Positions 11,607-20,893 of a DNA stretch of 43,006 bases are shown here, piece by piece. Position numbers and translations under genes: made by a program. The notes under the pieces are model-generated. The model had not been told where the DNA came from. It saw only the letters and a program-made list of their open reading frames with translations, and made no database searches. Origin of the DNA: a virus (lineage: Duplodnaviria > Heunggongvirae > Uroviricota > Caudoviricetes); the IMG/VR virus record IMGVR_UViG_3300031555_002904; one strand, 5' to 3'. Positions within the stretch are counted from its first letter, which is position 1. Each line of letters starts with the position of its first letter.

Positions 11607-12371
11607 ATGCCACCATTAAAAATTATACCAGGTATGAAATTTGGAGAATGGGAAGTTATTGAAAGAGATTATCATCCAACTTCTAAGCAGCATTCAACAT
11701 TTTGGTTTTGTAAATGTGGATTATGTGGAGAAGTAATTAGTGTTTCAAGAGATAGCTTAGTAAATGGAAAAAGTGAATGTTGTAATAAATGCAAAGGAGA
11801 AAAGATTAGACAAAAAGCAGAAGAAAGAGGTTTAATTTCTTGGCATAAAGGAGATAGATTTGGCTTATTAGAAATTATAGATAGAGCTGAATCAAAAGGT
11901 AATCACAGTTATGTTAAATGTAAGTGCGAGTGTGGTAACATTATTGATGTCAGAGTTGAGCATTTAAAAGGTCAATTTCATAATCGTACTATTTCTTGTG
12001 GATGCGCTTCTCAATCCAGCGGAGAAATAAAACTTACTCAGCTATTGGTAAAAGCAGGTATTGATTTTCAAACACAGTATAGGATTAAAGAGTTCAATAT
12101 TTTATCACCATTTGATTTCGCCATTTTTAAAGATGGTAAATTATTGGGATTGATTGAATATGATGGTCAGCAACATTTTGAAGCTGTTGAATTATGGGGT
12201 GGAGAAGAACAGTTAAAAATTCAACAAGAGCGTGATACAAGAAAAAATCAATGGTGTAAGGAAAATAATATTCGTCTTATTAGAATACCATATACTGAGT
12301 ATAATAATTTGACAATAGGGTACCTATTATCTTTTTTCCCAGAATTATCGTTTTCCGAAATTGAAAATTGA
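11607..12371 (+). CDS. Free-standing homing-endonuclease-like protein: two Cys-rich repeats plus PD-(D/E)xK domain, 254 aa
   Basis: Repeats G.KFG.WEVI..WFCKCG.CG and G.RFG.LEII..VKCKCECG..SCGC; PFDF..LIEYDGQQHF..LIRIPY; low GC; hairpins on both sides. Confidence 0.8.
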   Translation: MPPLKIIPGMKFGEWEVIERDYHPTSKQHSTFWFCKCGLCGEVISVSRDSLVNGKSECCNKCKGEKIRQKAEERGLISWHKGDRFGLLEIIDRAESKGNHSYVKCKCECGNIIDVRVEHLKGQFHNRTISCGCASQSSGEIKLTQLLVKAGIDFQTQYRIKEFNILSPFDFAIFKDGKLLGLIEYDGQQHFEAVELWGGEEQLKIQQERDTRKNQWCKENNIRLIRIPYTEYNNLTIGYLLSFFPELSFSEIEN

Positions 12372-12385
12372 TTTCAAGATTATAA

Positions 12386-12427
12386 TGCCCAGACAAAAGC
12401 GTTTTGTCTGGGCAAAAAAATTTTTTT
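12386..12427. terminator. Intrinsic terminator hairpin
   Basis: TGCCCAGACAAAA-GCG-TTTTGTCTGGGCA followed by A and T runs. Confidence 0.8.
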
Positions 12428-12774
12428 CCCGAAATAGGCCCCGGGGTTTTATTCACATCTGGGGAAAAACACAAAGTCTATAGTCTGCGTCGCGGCGAGC
12501 GCACACAGCAAAGGTATTGCCAGCCCCGGCAAAGAGGCGCAAAGACACACACAACACATCCTCATACATACACAATAATGTATGTATAATAAACAATACA
12601 CACACAATAATACATACACAATACACACGCTGGGCCGTGCACGTGCGGCGCGGCCCTAGCTGCCATGCAATAATACCCTACACAAAAAAAGTTCTACACA
12701 TTTGTGCATCTTACCTATTGACAAACATCCTGTAATGTGGTATACTGTAGATACAACAAAGGAACAGTGAGGTA

Positions 12775-13056
12775 ATGACAATGAGTGAGAAGGTACTGTG
12801 TGTGCTGTGTGCTATACTACTGGTAGTGACCTTCAATGCACTAGGTCAAGCACAGCTTAATGATAGGTACACAAGAGAAGCTGTGGTAGTAGAGGTAGAG
12901 GGTAACACCATCAGCGCAGAGGACACCACAGGCAATGTGTGGTGCTATGATGTAGAGGGTGACACTGTACCATGTGTAGGCACAAGGGTAGTGCTAACCA
13001 TGCTAGCCATGGGCAGTGATACTATCTATGATGACAGAGTAGTAGATGTAGAGTAA
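12775..13056 (+). CDS. Hypothetical protein with N-terminal hydrophobic segment, 93 aa
   Basis: First gene after promoter 12718; GAGG RBS; hairpin after stop. Confidence 0.7.
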   Translation: MTMSEKVLCVLCAILLVVTFNALGQAQLNDRYTREAVVVEVEGNTISAEDTTGNVWCYDVEGDTVPCVGTRVVLTMLAMGSDTIYDDRVVDVE

Positions 13057-13261
13057 GGTACACAGCCTTACTCTATTATACTATGTAGTAGTAGCCACCG
13101 AGCACAGGCGTCAGGTCCCCTAGTGGGGCATACTGTAGGGGGTGCTAAAAAAAAGTTGCGTAAATAAGCAAAAAAACTCTTGACAAAAAGCTCCCGTAAT
13201 GCTATAATAAAGACACAAAGAGAGAGGGACACAACCTCACAGAGTAAAGGAGATAACAACA

Positions 13262-13417
13262 ATGACCATTTCTAACAACATCGCTATGTGGATTGCTAAC
13301 AGCAACCTTGACAATACTACTACTTGTCCTGAGTGGCTGGGTATCACTCTTGTGGCTCTAGTCGTAGCCTTTGGCGTAGCTGCTATTGCCACTATCATCG
13401 CTGTCAACAAGAACTAA
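13262..13417 (+). CDS. Small TM protein, 51 aa (not in ORF track)
   Basis: AAGGAG RBS, MTISNNIAMW...AVNKN-TAA. Confidence 0.6.
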   Translation: MTISNNIAMWIANSNLDNTTTCPEWLGITLVALVVAFGVAAIATIIAVNKN

Positions 13418-13434
13418 TAGAGGAGGACAAGACA

Positions 13435-13656
13435 ATGAACAAGAGACCTATCAACAAGATGCTGAGCACAGTAAGAGAGCTAAAGCCTGAGGTGCAGGCA
13501 AGCCATCAGTACAAGTACATCATCATGGTACTGAACAAGGACAACGAGGACATCACCTACGCAGAGAAGCTGATGGTGAGAGACAACCTGCGTGTGCTGT
13601 GTAAGGTAGCAGGTGTGTCCTATGAGAGACTGCTGATGAGGGTGTGCCAAGAGTAA
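13435..13656 (+). CDS. Hypothetical protein, 73 aa
   Basis: AGGAGG RBS; stop inside GGGTGTGCC/GGCACACCC terminator. Confidence 0.7.
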   Translation: MNKRPINKMLSTVRELKPEVQASHQYKYIIMVLNKDNEDITYAEKLMVRDNLRVLCKVAGVSYERLLMRVCQE

Positions 13657-13868
13657 GGCACACCCTTTAATTGTGCAATGTGACGAATCCCGCCATAGGC
13701 GCGCCAACGGTCCTGGCGCGCCCTAATTGCCAGTATAACACATCCCAGCCATTTTGTCAAGAGGAAAATTAGAAAAAAAATAAATAATTATTTTTCCCAA
13801 AAGGTATTGACAAATCGGTCTCCGTGTGGTATACTAAGTACAACAAAAGAACAAAGGAGCTAAACACC

Positions 13869-14192
13869 ATGAAGAAGATTACCAAGACTGCCGAAGAGAC
13901 CAAGAGAGACGAACTCGTCATCGCTACTCGCAATGCAAAGGACAAGATTGAGTACTGTGTGAGAGTCATCAACCGCAGACAGAAGGCAATGGCTATGTTG
14001 CCCCAAGAGTCCGCAGAATACAAGATGTTTGCGGGCGATGTAACCGAGGATAAATGGGTACTGGTTTCCGCTCTGCGTAGCTACGACAGAGCAAGGGAAG
14101 AACTGGCTGAGCACTGCCGAGCCTACCACCTCGCAGGAAATACTTTCCTTTCTGGCTATGAACTTTTGGAAATTCTCGCAGAAAAGGCTTGA
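13869..14192 (+). CDS. Hypothetical protein, 107 aa
   Basis: Promoter 13807, AAGGAG RBS; TGA overlaps next -35. Confidence 0.75.
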   Translation: MKKITKTAEETKRDELVIATRNAKDKIEYCVRVINRRQKAMAMLPQESAEYKMFAGDVTEDKWVLVSALRSYDRAREELAEHCRAYHLAGNTFLSGYELLEILAEKA

Positions 14193-14243
14193 CAAAAGCC
14201 TTTCTCTGTGATACAATGTAGGTACAAAAGGAAAGGAACTGAA

Positions 14244-14684
14244 ATGAAAATGATTTACTGTGGCTATCAGGGTAGTGGAAAATCTACCTACTGTAGAAAT
14301 AACCCCAATACTACTGTTGACCTCGACAGCTCCGCATTTGTCAAGGTCGCAGGATGGGAAGAAAACTATGTGCGGACGGCGGTTGCCCTCGCTACTGACA
14401 AGAATGTATTCATCTCCGCTCATCGTGTGGTGATTGAATACTGCATGAACAACAACATTCCCTTTGTTATCCTCGCACCCTCGCAGAGCAAAGAGGCTTG
14501 GCGTGCTCGTCTTGAGTTCCGCTACCACAAGAACCCCATCCTCGCAAACTTTAAGGCAATCGCAGACTTCGAACAAAATTTCGACAACGACCTGCAATAC
14601 TATCGCCTTTTGGAAAGCAAGGGCATTTGCGTGCGGTGGATTGAAGCCACAGTTGTGACAAACATTGGCGAAAAAATTTTTTGA
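14244..14684 (+). CDS. P-loop NTPase/kinase-like protein, 146 aa
   Basis: N-terminal Walker A GYQGSGKS followed by VDLDS; small-molecule kinase architecture. Confidence 0.75.
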   Translation: MKMIYCGYQGSGKSTYCRNNPNTTVDLDSSAFVKVAGWEENYVRTAVALATDKNVFISAHRVVIEYCMNNNIPFVILAPSQSKEAWRARLEFRYHKNPILANFKAIADFEQNFDNDLQYYRLLESKGICVRWIEATVVTNIGEKIF

Positions 14685-14751
14685 AAAGGGGTTGACAAAA
14701 CCCCTTTCCCGTGTTATAATTAAGATACAAAAAGAGAGGAGAGTAAATCAA

Positions 14752-15078
14752 ATGTTAAAGAGCATGAGCATCACCGTGAGTTTCACCGACCACTGCTACA
14801 CCGAACGCAGAGAAAGACTTGTAAAAATGGATAGAGAGTTAGGCTTCGGCGAAATCATTTGCACCACAATTTACAGAGGAAAGAGAAACTGCTTGACTTC
14901 CACTGGTATCTTAATGGTAATGGATGCCAAGAGCAACATTCTTGTCACCGCCTACCCTGCAAGATGGAAGATTGCCTGCAAGATGTTCTACGAAACTACT
15001 GGTGGTTATCCTCCTGCTGGTTACTCTGAAATCATCAGACGGGCAAAAGCATGGGACTGTGAAAATAATTGGATTTAG
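14752..15078 (+). CDS. Hypothetical protein, 108 aa (ends TAG; TAA at 15094-15096 if read through)
   Basis: Promoter 14692, GAGGAG RBS. Confidence 0.7.
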   Translation: MLKSMSITVSFTDHCYTERRERLVKMDRELGFGEIICTTIYRGKRNCLTSTGILMVMDAKSNILVTAYPARWKIACKMFYETTGGYPPAGYSEIIRRAKAWDCENNWI

Positions 15079-15140
15079 GGGTTGACAAATCCCTAAATCT
15101 ATGGTATAATTTAATTACAAAAAGAAAAGAGGTAAACGAA

Positions 15141-15296
15141 ATGAGTAAGAAAAAGAAAAACACAATCGACCGCAGAATGTTCAAGAAAGAGGGAGAAGAA
15201 CTTCAGCAGTATCTCCACTTTCGCAAGCGTGGCTCTGTGGTAGAAAGCAAGAAGAAATACAACAGACAGAAATTCAAAAGGGGTGATAATGGATGA
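15141..15296 (+). CDS. Small very basic protein, 51 aa
   Basis: Promoter 15082, GAGG RBS; MSKKKKNT...SKKKYNRQKFKRGDNG. Confidence 0.7.
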   Translation: MSKKKKNTIDRRMFKKEGEELQQYLHFRKRGSVVESKKKYNRQKFKRGDNG

Positions 15297-15517
15297 TTAT
15301 TAAAGGGGCAGATGGTGAGTACGAAGCCACATGGAAGCTCGGCGAAGACTATGTTCATGTAGTCTATCGAAAGATAATTCATCCCAATTGGCCCATTTTC
15401 CGCACAAAATACTACTATTGCACAGTAATTCACAAAGAAGATTTCAACCAGAAGCGAGTGCGGGATGCTCTCCTTGTTAGAGAACATTACGAAAAAAAAT
15501 GTGCTTGCGGGGGTTGA
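15293..15517 (+). CDS. Hypothetical protein, 74 aa
   Basis: ATGA overlap with previous gene. Confidence 0.65.
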   Translation: MIIKGADGEYEATWKLGEDYVHVVYRKIIHPNWPIFRTKYYYCTVIHKEDFNQKRVRDALLVREHYEKKCACGG

Positions 15518-15562
15518 CAAAATCCCCAAACCATGTTATAATAATGCCAAGAGGTGAGAACA

Positions 15563-15793
15563 ATGAAAACAGCAGCAGAAATAGCACGAGAGTGGCAAGC
15601 ACAATTGCGTGACCCTCGCATTAGATGTCCTAACTGCGGGAGTAGTGCCCAATCCGAACTGGTGTACCAGGACAATACAAGCAACCGCAGAGAGAAAAAA
15701 GACGATTACATTTGCGGGTGCGGGTGTCGGTTCAGGGCACATTTTACACTCATTCAAACCGAGATACTGGAAATCGAAGCGCCTTACTACTAA
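15563..15793 (+). CDS. Zn-ribbon protein, 76 aa
   Basis: CPNC...CGCG; promoter 15514, GAGGTG RBS. Confidence 0.7.
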   Translation: MKTAAEIAREWQAQLRDPRIRCPNCGSSAQSELVYQDNTSNRREKKDDYICGCGCRFRAHFTLIQTEILEIEAPYY

Positions 15794-16088
15794 GGCGCTT
15801 TTTCCATTTTGCTTTTTCGGTCGCGCGCCCACGGCCCAGGCGCGCGTTATTTCCATTATACCACAGCCCCAGCAATTTGTCAATAGGCAATTTGCACAAA
15901 AAATAAATAGTTGTTTTTCCTAAAATTGTGCTTGACTTTCTATTCCGGATGTGATACAATGTTCTTGTGGTTGAGAGAGACCACTAAATCAAAAAAAAGT
16001 TCAAGAAAATGAAAAAAAGTTCTTGACAAACCGGGAAACTGGTGTTATAATTAAGATACAAAAAGGAACTGAAAAGGAGATAATAACA

Positions 16089-16562
16089 ATGACTAAGGGT
16101 AATTTCTTCCGCTACTACAACAAGCTGACTGGCGCTGACCGCACTCTGATTTTCTTCGAGCGCAAGGGTATCATCTACATCTACAACTGCAAGCACATCG
16201 CTCCTCGTTGGGCACACGAAGAATTTGAGTCCTCCAAGAACGGCGGACAGCAGAAATTCAAGATGTACATCAGCGTATCCGAAAAGGATAAGCTGATTGC
16301 CAAGGGTGCAACCCCCATCATGACCAAGGCTGAATTTGAAGCCATTCCTTACAAGAACAAGGGTCACAAGTGCGAAGCCTATCTGCACAAGGCTTGCGGT
16401 CTGGGTGAGTACACTCCCGACCATGTCCGCTTTGACTACTGCGGTGATGTGGAAATCGGTGGCGTTCAGTATCAGGTCAAGTACGAAAACGCAAGCCTGA
16501 CCAATGTGGATGTGCTCCACAAGGCACAGAAGCGGGCAAGAGAAATGAAAAAGGGAAAGTAA
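16089..16562 (+). CDS. Hypothetical protein, possible PD-(D/E)xK nuclease fold, 157 aa
   Basis: GDVEIGGVQYQVK resembles a D..(Q/E)xK motif; AAGGAG RBS. Confidence 0.55.
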   Translation: MTKGNFFRYYNKLTGADRTLIFFERKGIIYIYNCKHIAPRWAHEEFESSKNGGQQKFKMYISVSEKDKLIAKGATPIMTKAEFEAIPYKNKGHKCEAYLHKACGLGEYTPDHVRFDYCGDVEIGGVQYQVKYENASLTNVDVLHKAQKRAREMKKGK

Positions 16563-16652
16563 AAAAAACTTTCCCTTTTTTCAAAAAAGGTATTGACAAA
16601 TCACGGTTTTGGGTGTATAATTAAGGTACAAAAAGGAAAGGAACTGATACAA

Positions 16653-17105
16653 ATGGCAAAGCAGATGAACATCACAATTAACTTCGACATGGACGGCACA
16701 ATCGCTGACCTCTATGGTGTAGAGAACTGGCTCGAATACCTCATCGCAGGTGACACTTTCCCCTACGCAAACGCAAGACCTCTGCTCCACCTCTCCGCAC
16801 TGGCTCGCAAGCTGAACGCACTTCAGCGGAACGGCTACAACCTCGCAGTTATCTCTTGGTTGAGCAAAAGTGGAACTGCTGAATACAACGAAGCAGTTAC
16901 CGAAGTCAAGCTGAACTGGCTGAGAAAGCACCTGCCGAGCGTGAACTGGAACGAAATCCACATCGTTCCCTATGGCACTCCGAAGCAGAACTTCTGCAAC
17001 AATCCTCTCGACATTCTGTTCGACGATGAAGAACGCAACAGAACGAACTGGACAGGCAGAGCCTACGATGTGCAGAACATCTTGGAAATTCTCAGAGAAA
17101 TCTGA
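16653..17105 (+). CDS. HAD-superfamily phosphatase (5'(3')-deoxyribonucleotidase-like), 150 aa
   Basis: Motif I FDMDGTIADL, motif IV ILFDD. Confidence 0.85.
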   Translation: MAKQMNITINFDMDGTIADLYGVENWLEYLIAGDTFPYANARPLLHLSALARKLNALQRNGYNLAVISWLSKSGTAEYNEAVTEVKLNWLRKHLPSVNWNEIHIVPYGTPKQNFCNNPLDILFDDEERNRTNWTGRAYDVQNILEILREI

Positions 17106-17175
17106 GAATTTCCTCTTGACAAACGGCAATTGATGTGCTATAATTAAGACACAAAGAAGAAAGGAACTGATAAAA

Positions 17176-17325
17176 ATGTTAGAAATGATTTGCGCAATCC
17201 CCGAAGAAATCGGCTGGGCATTGGTTGGCTTTGTCGGAGCATTCGCCTTGATGATGGCTGTCAAGGTCGGCAAGATAATCGTTGAAGCAATCAAAGAAAG
17301 ATTGGAGGATGATGAAGAATGCTGA
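17176..17325 (+). CDS. Small TM protein, 49 aa (not in ORF track)
   Basis: GAAAGGAACTGATA leader; MLEMICAIPEEIGWALVGFVGAFALMM... Confidence 0.6.
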   Translation: MLEMICAIPEEIGWALVGFVGAFALMMAVKVGKIIVEAIKERLEDDEEC

Positions 17326-17588
17326 AAACTGGAATTGTAGTTTGCCCCACTTGCGGGGGCGAGGTTGTTGAGTTCGATACTCTCGACATTGAGGTGGACA
17401 ACACCACTGTGACCCTCTTTAAGGTTGGCGAGTGCGACCACTGCGGAAACCATTACCAGTGGCACGAGGAATACACCCTTGCAGGATACCGCGACCTGGA
17501 ACAGACCCAGGGCGAAAGCGAGGACGAGCCCGATGCGGACGAATGCGGGTTCGACCCCTTCGCAGGTTGTTATACTTACGACTGCTGA
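17319..17588 (+). CDS. Zn-ribbon acidic protein, 89 aa
   Basis: CPTC...CDHC; GGAGG RBS. Confidence 0.7.
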   Translation: MLKTGIVVCPTCGGEVVEFDTLDIEVDNTTVTLFKVGECDHCGNHYQWHEEYTLAGYRDLEQTQGESEDEPDADECGFDPFAGCYTYDC

Positions 17589-17758
17589 AAAAGCAGTCGT
17601 TTGTTTTTGGCGGCGCGCTCACGGTCCAGGCGCGCCGATTTTCGTCAGAATAACCAGTTTCAACAATTTTCCGTGCAATTTATTTGTGCAAAATAACAGT
17701 TGACAAATCCCAAAAGGTGTGATACAATAGTATCAACAAAGGAAAGGAACTGATACAC

Positions 17759-18163
17759 ATGAAACTGGTTTACGATTGCGGACAATCCATCTCTCTGTCT
17801 CCTCGCAGAGATTTTGAAGAAACTTCTATTTGGTGGCACCTGCACCTGCTCGATGCGGAAGAATCCCTCGACCGCACCAACCGCACTTACTACGACACTT
17901 TCGAGAGCTTTTTTGAAGCGGTCTGTGAAAACAAGGTAAGAAATGCAGAAGCCTACATCGGTCTGTTCAAGACCCCCAAGGTATTGGTGAAATGTGGCAT
18001 GAACCACTATACTGTCACCAAGAGGAACTTCAAAGAGGTGTGCGTGTGGAACTACACCAAAGAAGTCTCCCACCTGCCCATGTCCACCCTCATGGACAAA
18101 CTTCCTGCGGACGAGTTCGCAGAATACCTGCGTGAAAGGGGAGTAGCCTTACAGCAAGGCTAA
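17759..18163 (+). CDS. Hypothetical protein, 134 aa
   Basis: Promoter 17700 and standard leader. Confidence 0.75.
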   Translation: MKLVYDCGQSISLSPRRDFEETSIWWHLHLLDAEESLDRTNRTYYDTFESFFEAVCENKVRNAEAYIGLFKTPKVLVKCGMNHYTVTKRNFKEVCVWNYTKEVSHLPMSTLMDKLPADEFAEYLRERGVALQQG

Positions 18164-18247
18164 TCCCCGGAAAAATTAAAAAAAGGTATTGACAAATCAA
18201 ACAATCTGTGCTATAATAAATTTATCAAGTGAAAGGAAATGATACCA

Positions 18248-18907
18248 ATGTTTACTGAAAAAACTTTTGCAATTATCGACACTGAAACCCTCGGCGGTGC
18301 TTCTCAGGCGCACTGCCCTACCTACCACTGCGCTGGCATTGCTTTCACCAAGAGAGCAGAAATCAGCAGAATCAACATCGTGGTCATCGGCAACCTACTT
18401 TTGGATTCTGCGTTCTATGGCAAATTCAAAAAAGACTACTACCGCGACCTGCTCCGCGACCCTGCAACTATTATCTGCTACAACGAAGCAGAGGCAAGCG
18501 AAATCTTCTCTGCGTGGCTTGCTGAAAACAATGTGTCCTGCGCCTGCGCCCACAACAGCGGTTTTGACTTCAACAAGACTTTCGTTGCTGAGTGTATCGA
18601 GGGAATGGAATTCATCGACACTTGGCAGGCATTTTTCGAGACCATCGGCAAGTACACCAAGTACAACAAATTCTGCTGTGAAAATGGCTTTGTAACCAAG
18701 AGCGGAAACGTTCAGATGACCGCAGAAATCTGCTACCGCTTCATCAGCGGAGACATTGAGTTCGTCGAGGAACACACCGCCCTCGCAGATTGTGAAATCG
18801 AAATGCAGATTCTGCGTGCGGTTTGGGCAACTCACCGCAAGTTTACTCGCAATGTTCACAAGGGCGATTCCGCCTATCGCTTCCAAGTGGTCAAGGGCAG
18901 ATTCTAA
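18248..18907 (+). CDS. DEDDh 3'-5' exonuclease (DnaQ-like)
   Basis: ExoI IIDTET, ExoII AHNSGFD, ExoIII EEHTALADCEIE. Confidence 0.88.
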   Translation: MFTEKTFAIIDTETLGGASQAHCPTYHCAGIAFTKRAEISRINIVVIGNLLLDSAFYGKFKKDYYRDLLRDPATIICYNEAEASEIFSAWLAENNVSCACAHNSGFDFNKTFVAECIEGMEFIDTWQAFFETIGKYTKYNKFCCENGFVTKSGNVQMTAEICYRFISGDIEFVEEHTALADCEIEMQILRAVWATHRKFTRNVHKGDSAYRFQVVKGRF

Positions 18908-18996
18908 AATCTGCCCTCCCGGGCGAAAAAAGGTATTGACAAATTCAAAATCATGTGCTATAATTAACTCAGAAAACAAGAAAGGAACTGACAGTA

Positions 18997-19404
18997 ATGA
19001 CTTGGGCAGAACATTTGGAAGCTATGCGAAATACTCCCGCATTTATTAACGAAGCAAACCCCCTGCGCTTCTCTGCACCCGAAAGCGAAGGTTTGTACCT
19101 TGTAGGTAGCACCAATTTCAATCCCTTTACCCATGAAGAAATCTATTTGGTAAAGGTTGGTAAAAGCTACAACCTGCAACGCAGAATGAAAGATTATCTC
19201 ACCACCAACCCTGGAATGTTCCACATTGATTTTTGTACCATTCCCCGCCCCATGGTCGGCAAGTCCGAATGGCAGTGCCACGCAATTTTGTATGCAGTTT
19301 GCAAAGGCAAGGTAGAAAAAAGCGAAGAGTGGGTGAGAGTAAGCCGAGAGGTTTATCTCGAAATCTGCGAAAAGGGTTTCAAATATTTTTCTGAAAGAAT
19401 GTAA
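18997..19404 (+). CDS. GIY-YIG-like (T5orf172-type) protein, 135 aa
   Basis: GLYLVG...VKVGKSYNLQRRMKDY...EEW. Confidence 0.7.
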   Translation: MTWAEHLEAMRNTPAFINEANPLRFSAPESEGLYLVGSTNFNPFTHEEIYLVKVGKSYNLQRRMKDYLTTNPGMFHIDFCTIPRPMVGKSEWQCHAILYAVCKGKVEKSEEWVRVSREVYLEICEKGFKYFSERM

Positions 19405-19492
19405 AAAACCCTTGACAAACCCCCAAGAGTGTGCTATAATAAATACAACAAAGGGAAAGGAAAATCCCAAACACCAGAAAGGAAATGATACC

Positions 19493-19735
19493 ATGATGAA
19501 CTACAAGTATGTTGTTGAGAGCTTCTACGATGATGCCAAGGTCACTGTCGAAACCAACGACCCCGAGGTCGCAGTTCTGGAAATGATGCAGAGGGACATG
19601 GATGGTGTCCACGCCCACTGCGTTGATGGTCTGACTGGCGAAGTCCTCGCCCTCGTCAACCACCCCGACCAGTTCGTCCAGTCTGAGTTCGCTCTGATGA
19701 CCCTGGGTGTGCTGATGGCACACCTGGCAAAGTAA
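19493..19735 (+). CDS. Hypothetical protein, 80 aa
   Basis: Promoter 19412, standard leader, terminator 19745-19771. Confidence 0.7.
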   Translation: MMNYKYVVESFYDDAKVTVETNDPEVAVLEMMQRDMDGVHAHCVDGLTGEVLALVNHPDQFVQSEFALMTLGVLMAHLAK

Positions 19736-20044
19736 CAAACCAAGAGCCATCCCGCAAGGGGTGGCTTTTTCATTTCAATTTTTGGGCGCGGCGCCCTCGG
19801 ATGTGGGCGCCGGAATTTCCATTATACCACACCGCCAGCAATTTGTCAAGAGAAAAGTTACACAAAGTTTGATTGATTTGAATTCCTGTTTTTGTGCATT
19901 ATTACCTATTGACTTTTGGTGCGGTCTGTGGTATACTATCATTGTCAAGGGGAGATAGGTGAGCCTGCCCCCAAGGGCGAAAAAAAAATCTCAAAAAAAA
20001 TTGAGAAAACCCCTTGACAAACCCCTTAAAGTGTGATACAATAA

Positions 20045-20280
20045 GGGTACAAAAGGCGAGGGCAAGGCGACCACGAAAAGGTGGGTGCCCACGAGAGCGA
20101 GTAAGACCTTGTTACCAATGACCCGACCGCAAGGTGTTCCTGTTTGCGGAATACAAATGTGAACCAGACCACGCAGGCTGAAAAAATGTCGTGGATACGC
20201 AGGATACAAAAGCCAATTTCTTTGGTGGTGAAAGCGGACTCACCCTAACTGTGGCTTAAAGGCTCAGCCAAGCCAAAGAA
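20045..20280 (+). ncRNA. Putative structured small RNA (unassigned)
   Basis: Promoter 20014, no RBS-led ORF, several stems (GGGCA/TGCCC, CCAC/GTGG, ACC-GCAA-GGT, CCACG/CGTGG, TTTCTTTGG/CCAAAGAAA). Confidence 0.5.
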
Positions 20281-20408
20281 AAAAAAATTAAAAAAAACTC
20301 TTGACAAACAAATCAAGATGTGCTATAATAAGTATGTAAAGAGGAAAACCTCTTACAAATAAATTCATCGACAGGTTCAAGTCGTTAAAACCGAAAGGAA
20401 TTGATACT

Positions 20409-20768
20409 ATGGCTAACAACAAGAAGATGACCAAGGCTGACTACTTCAAGCAGATTTCTGCCAACTACCCTCTGACTGCCGATGAGCAGGCTTTCATCGC
20501 CCACGAACTGGAACTGCTCGCCAAGAAGAACTCTGCGGAAAAGAAGCCGACCGCACAGCAGGTGGCAAACGCAGGTGTCGCTGATGCCATCGTCAATGCG
20601 ATGGAAGATGGTGTCCTCTACACCATCACCGACCTCATCAAGACTGTTCCTGCGTGTGCGGAACTGACCAACCAGCGTGTTTCTGCCATCGTGCGTGGTA
20701 TGATTGGCACCAAGGTTGAGCGTGTCGAGGAAAAGCGTAAGGCATACTTCCGCAAGATTGCGGAGTAA
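20409..20768 (+). CDS. Family A paralog 1 (putative winged-helix DNA-binding protein), 119 aa
   Basis: Shares HELELLAKKNSAEKKPTAQQ and VPACAELTNQRVSAIVRG with 23438 and 24973. Confidence 0.8.
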   Translation: MANNKKMTKADYFKQISANYPLTADEQAFIAHELELLAKKNSAEKKPTAQQVANAGVADAIVNAMEDGVLYTITDLIKTVPACAELTNQRVSAIVRGMIGTKVERVEEKRKAYFRKIAE

Positions 20769-20893
20769 GCCTACTCCCCCAAGGGCAGGGGGTAACCCCT
20801 GCCCACCTTGACCCCGGCGAAAAAATTTTCAAAAAGCACTTGACAAATCCCTCTGTCTGTGCTATACTATAATCACAGAAAGGAAGTGAGTCA

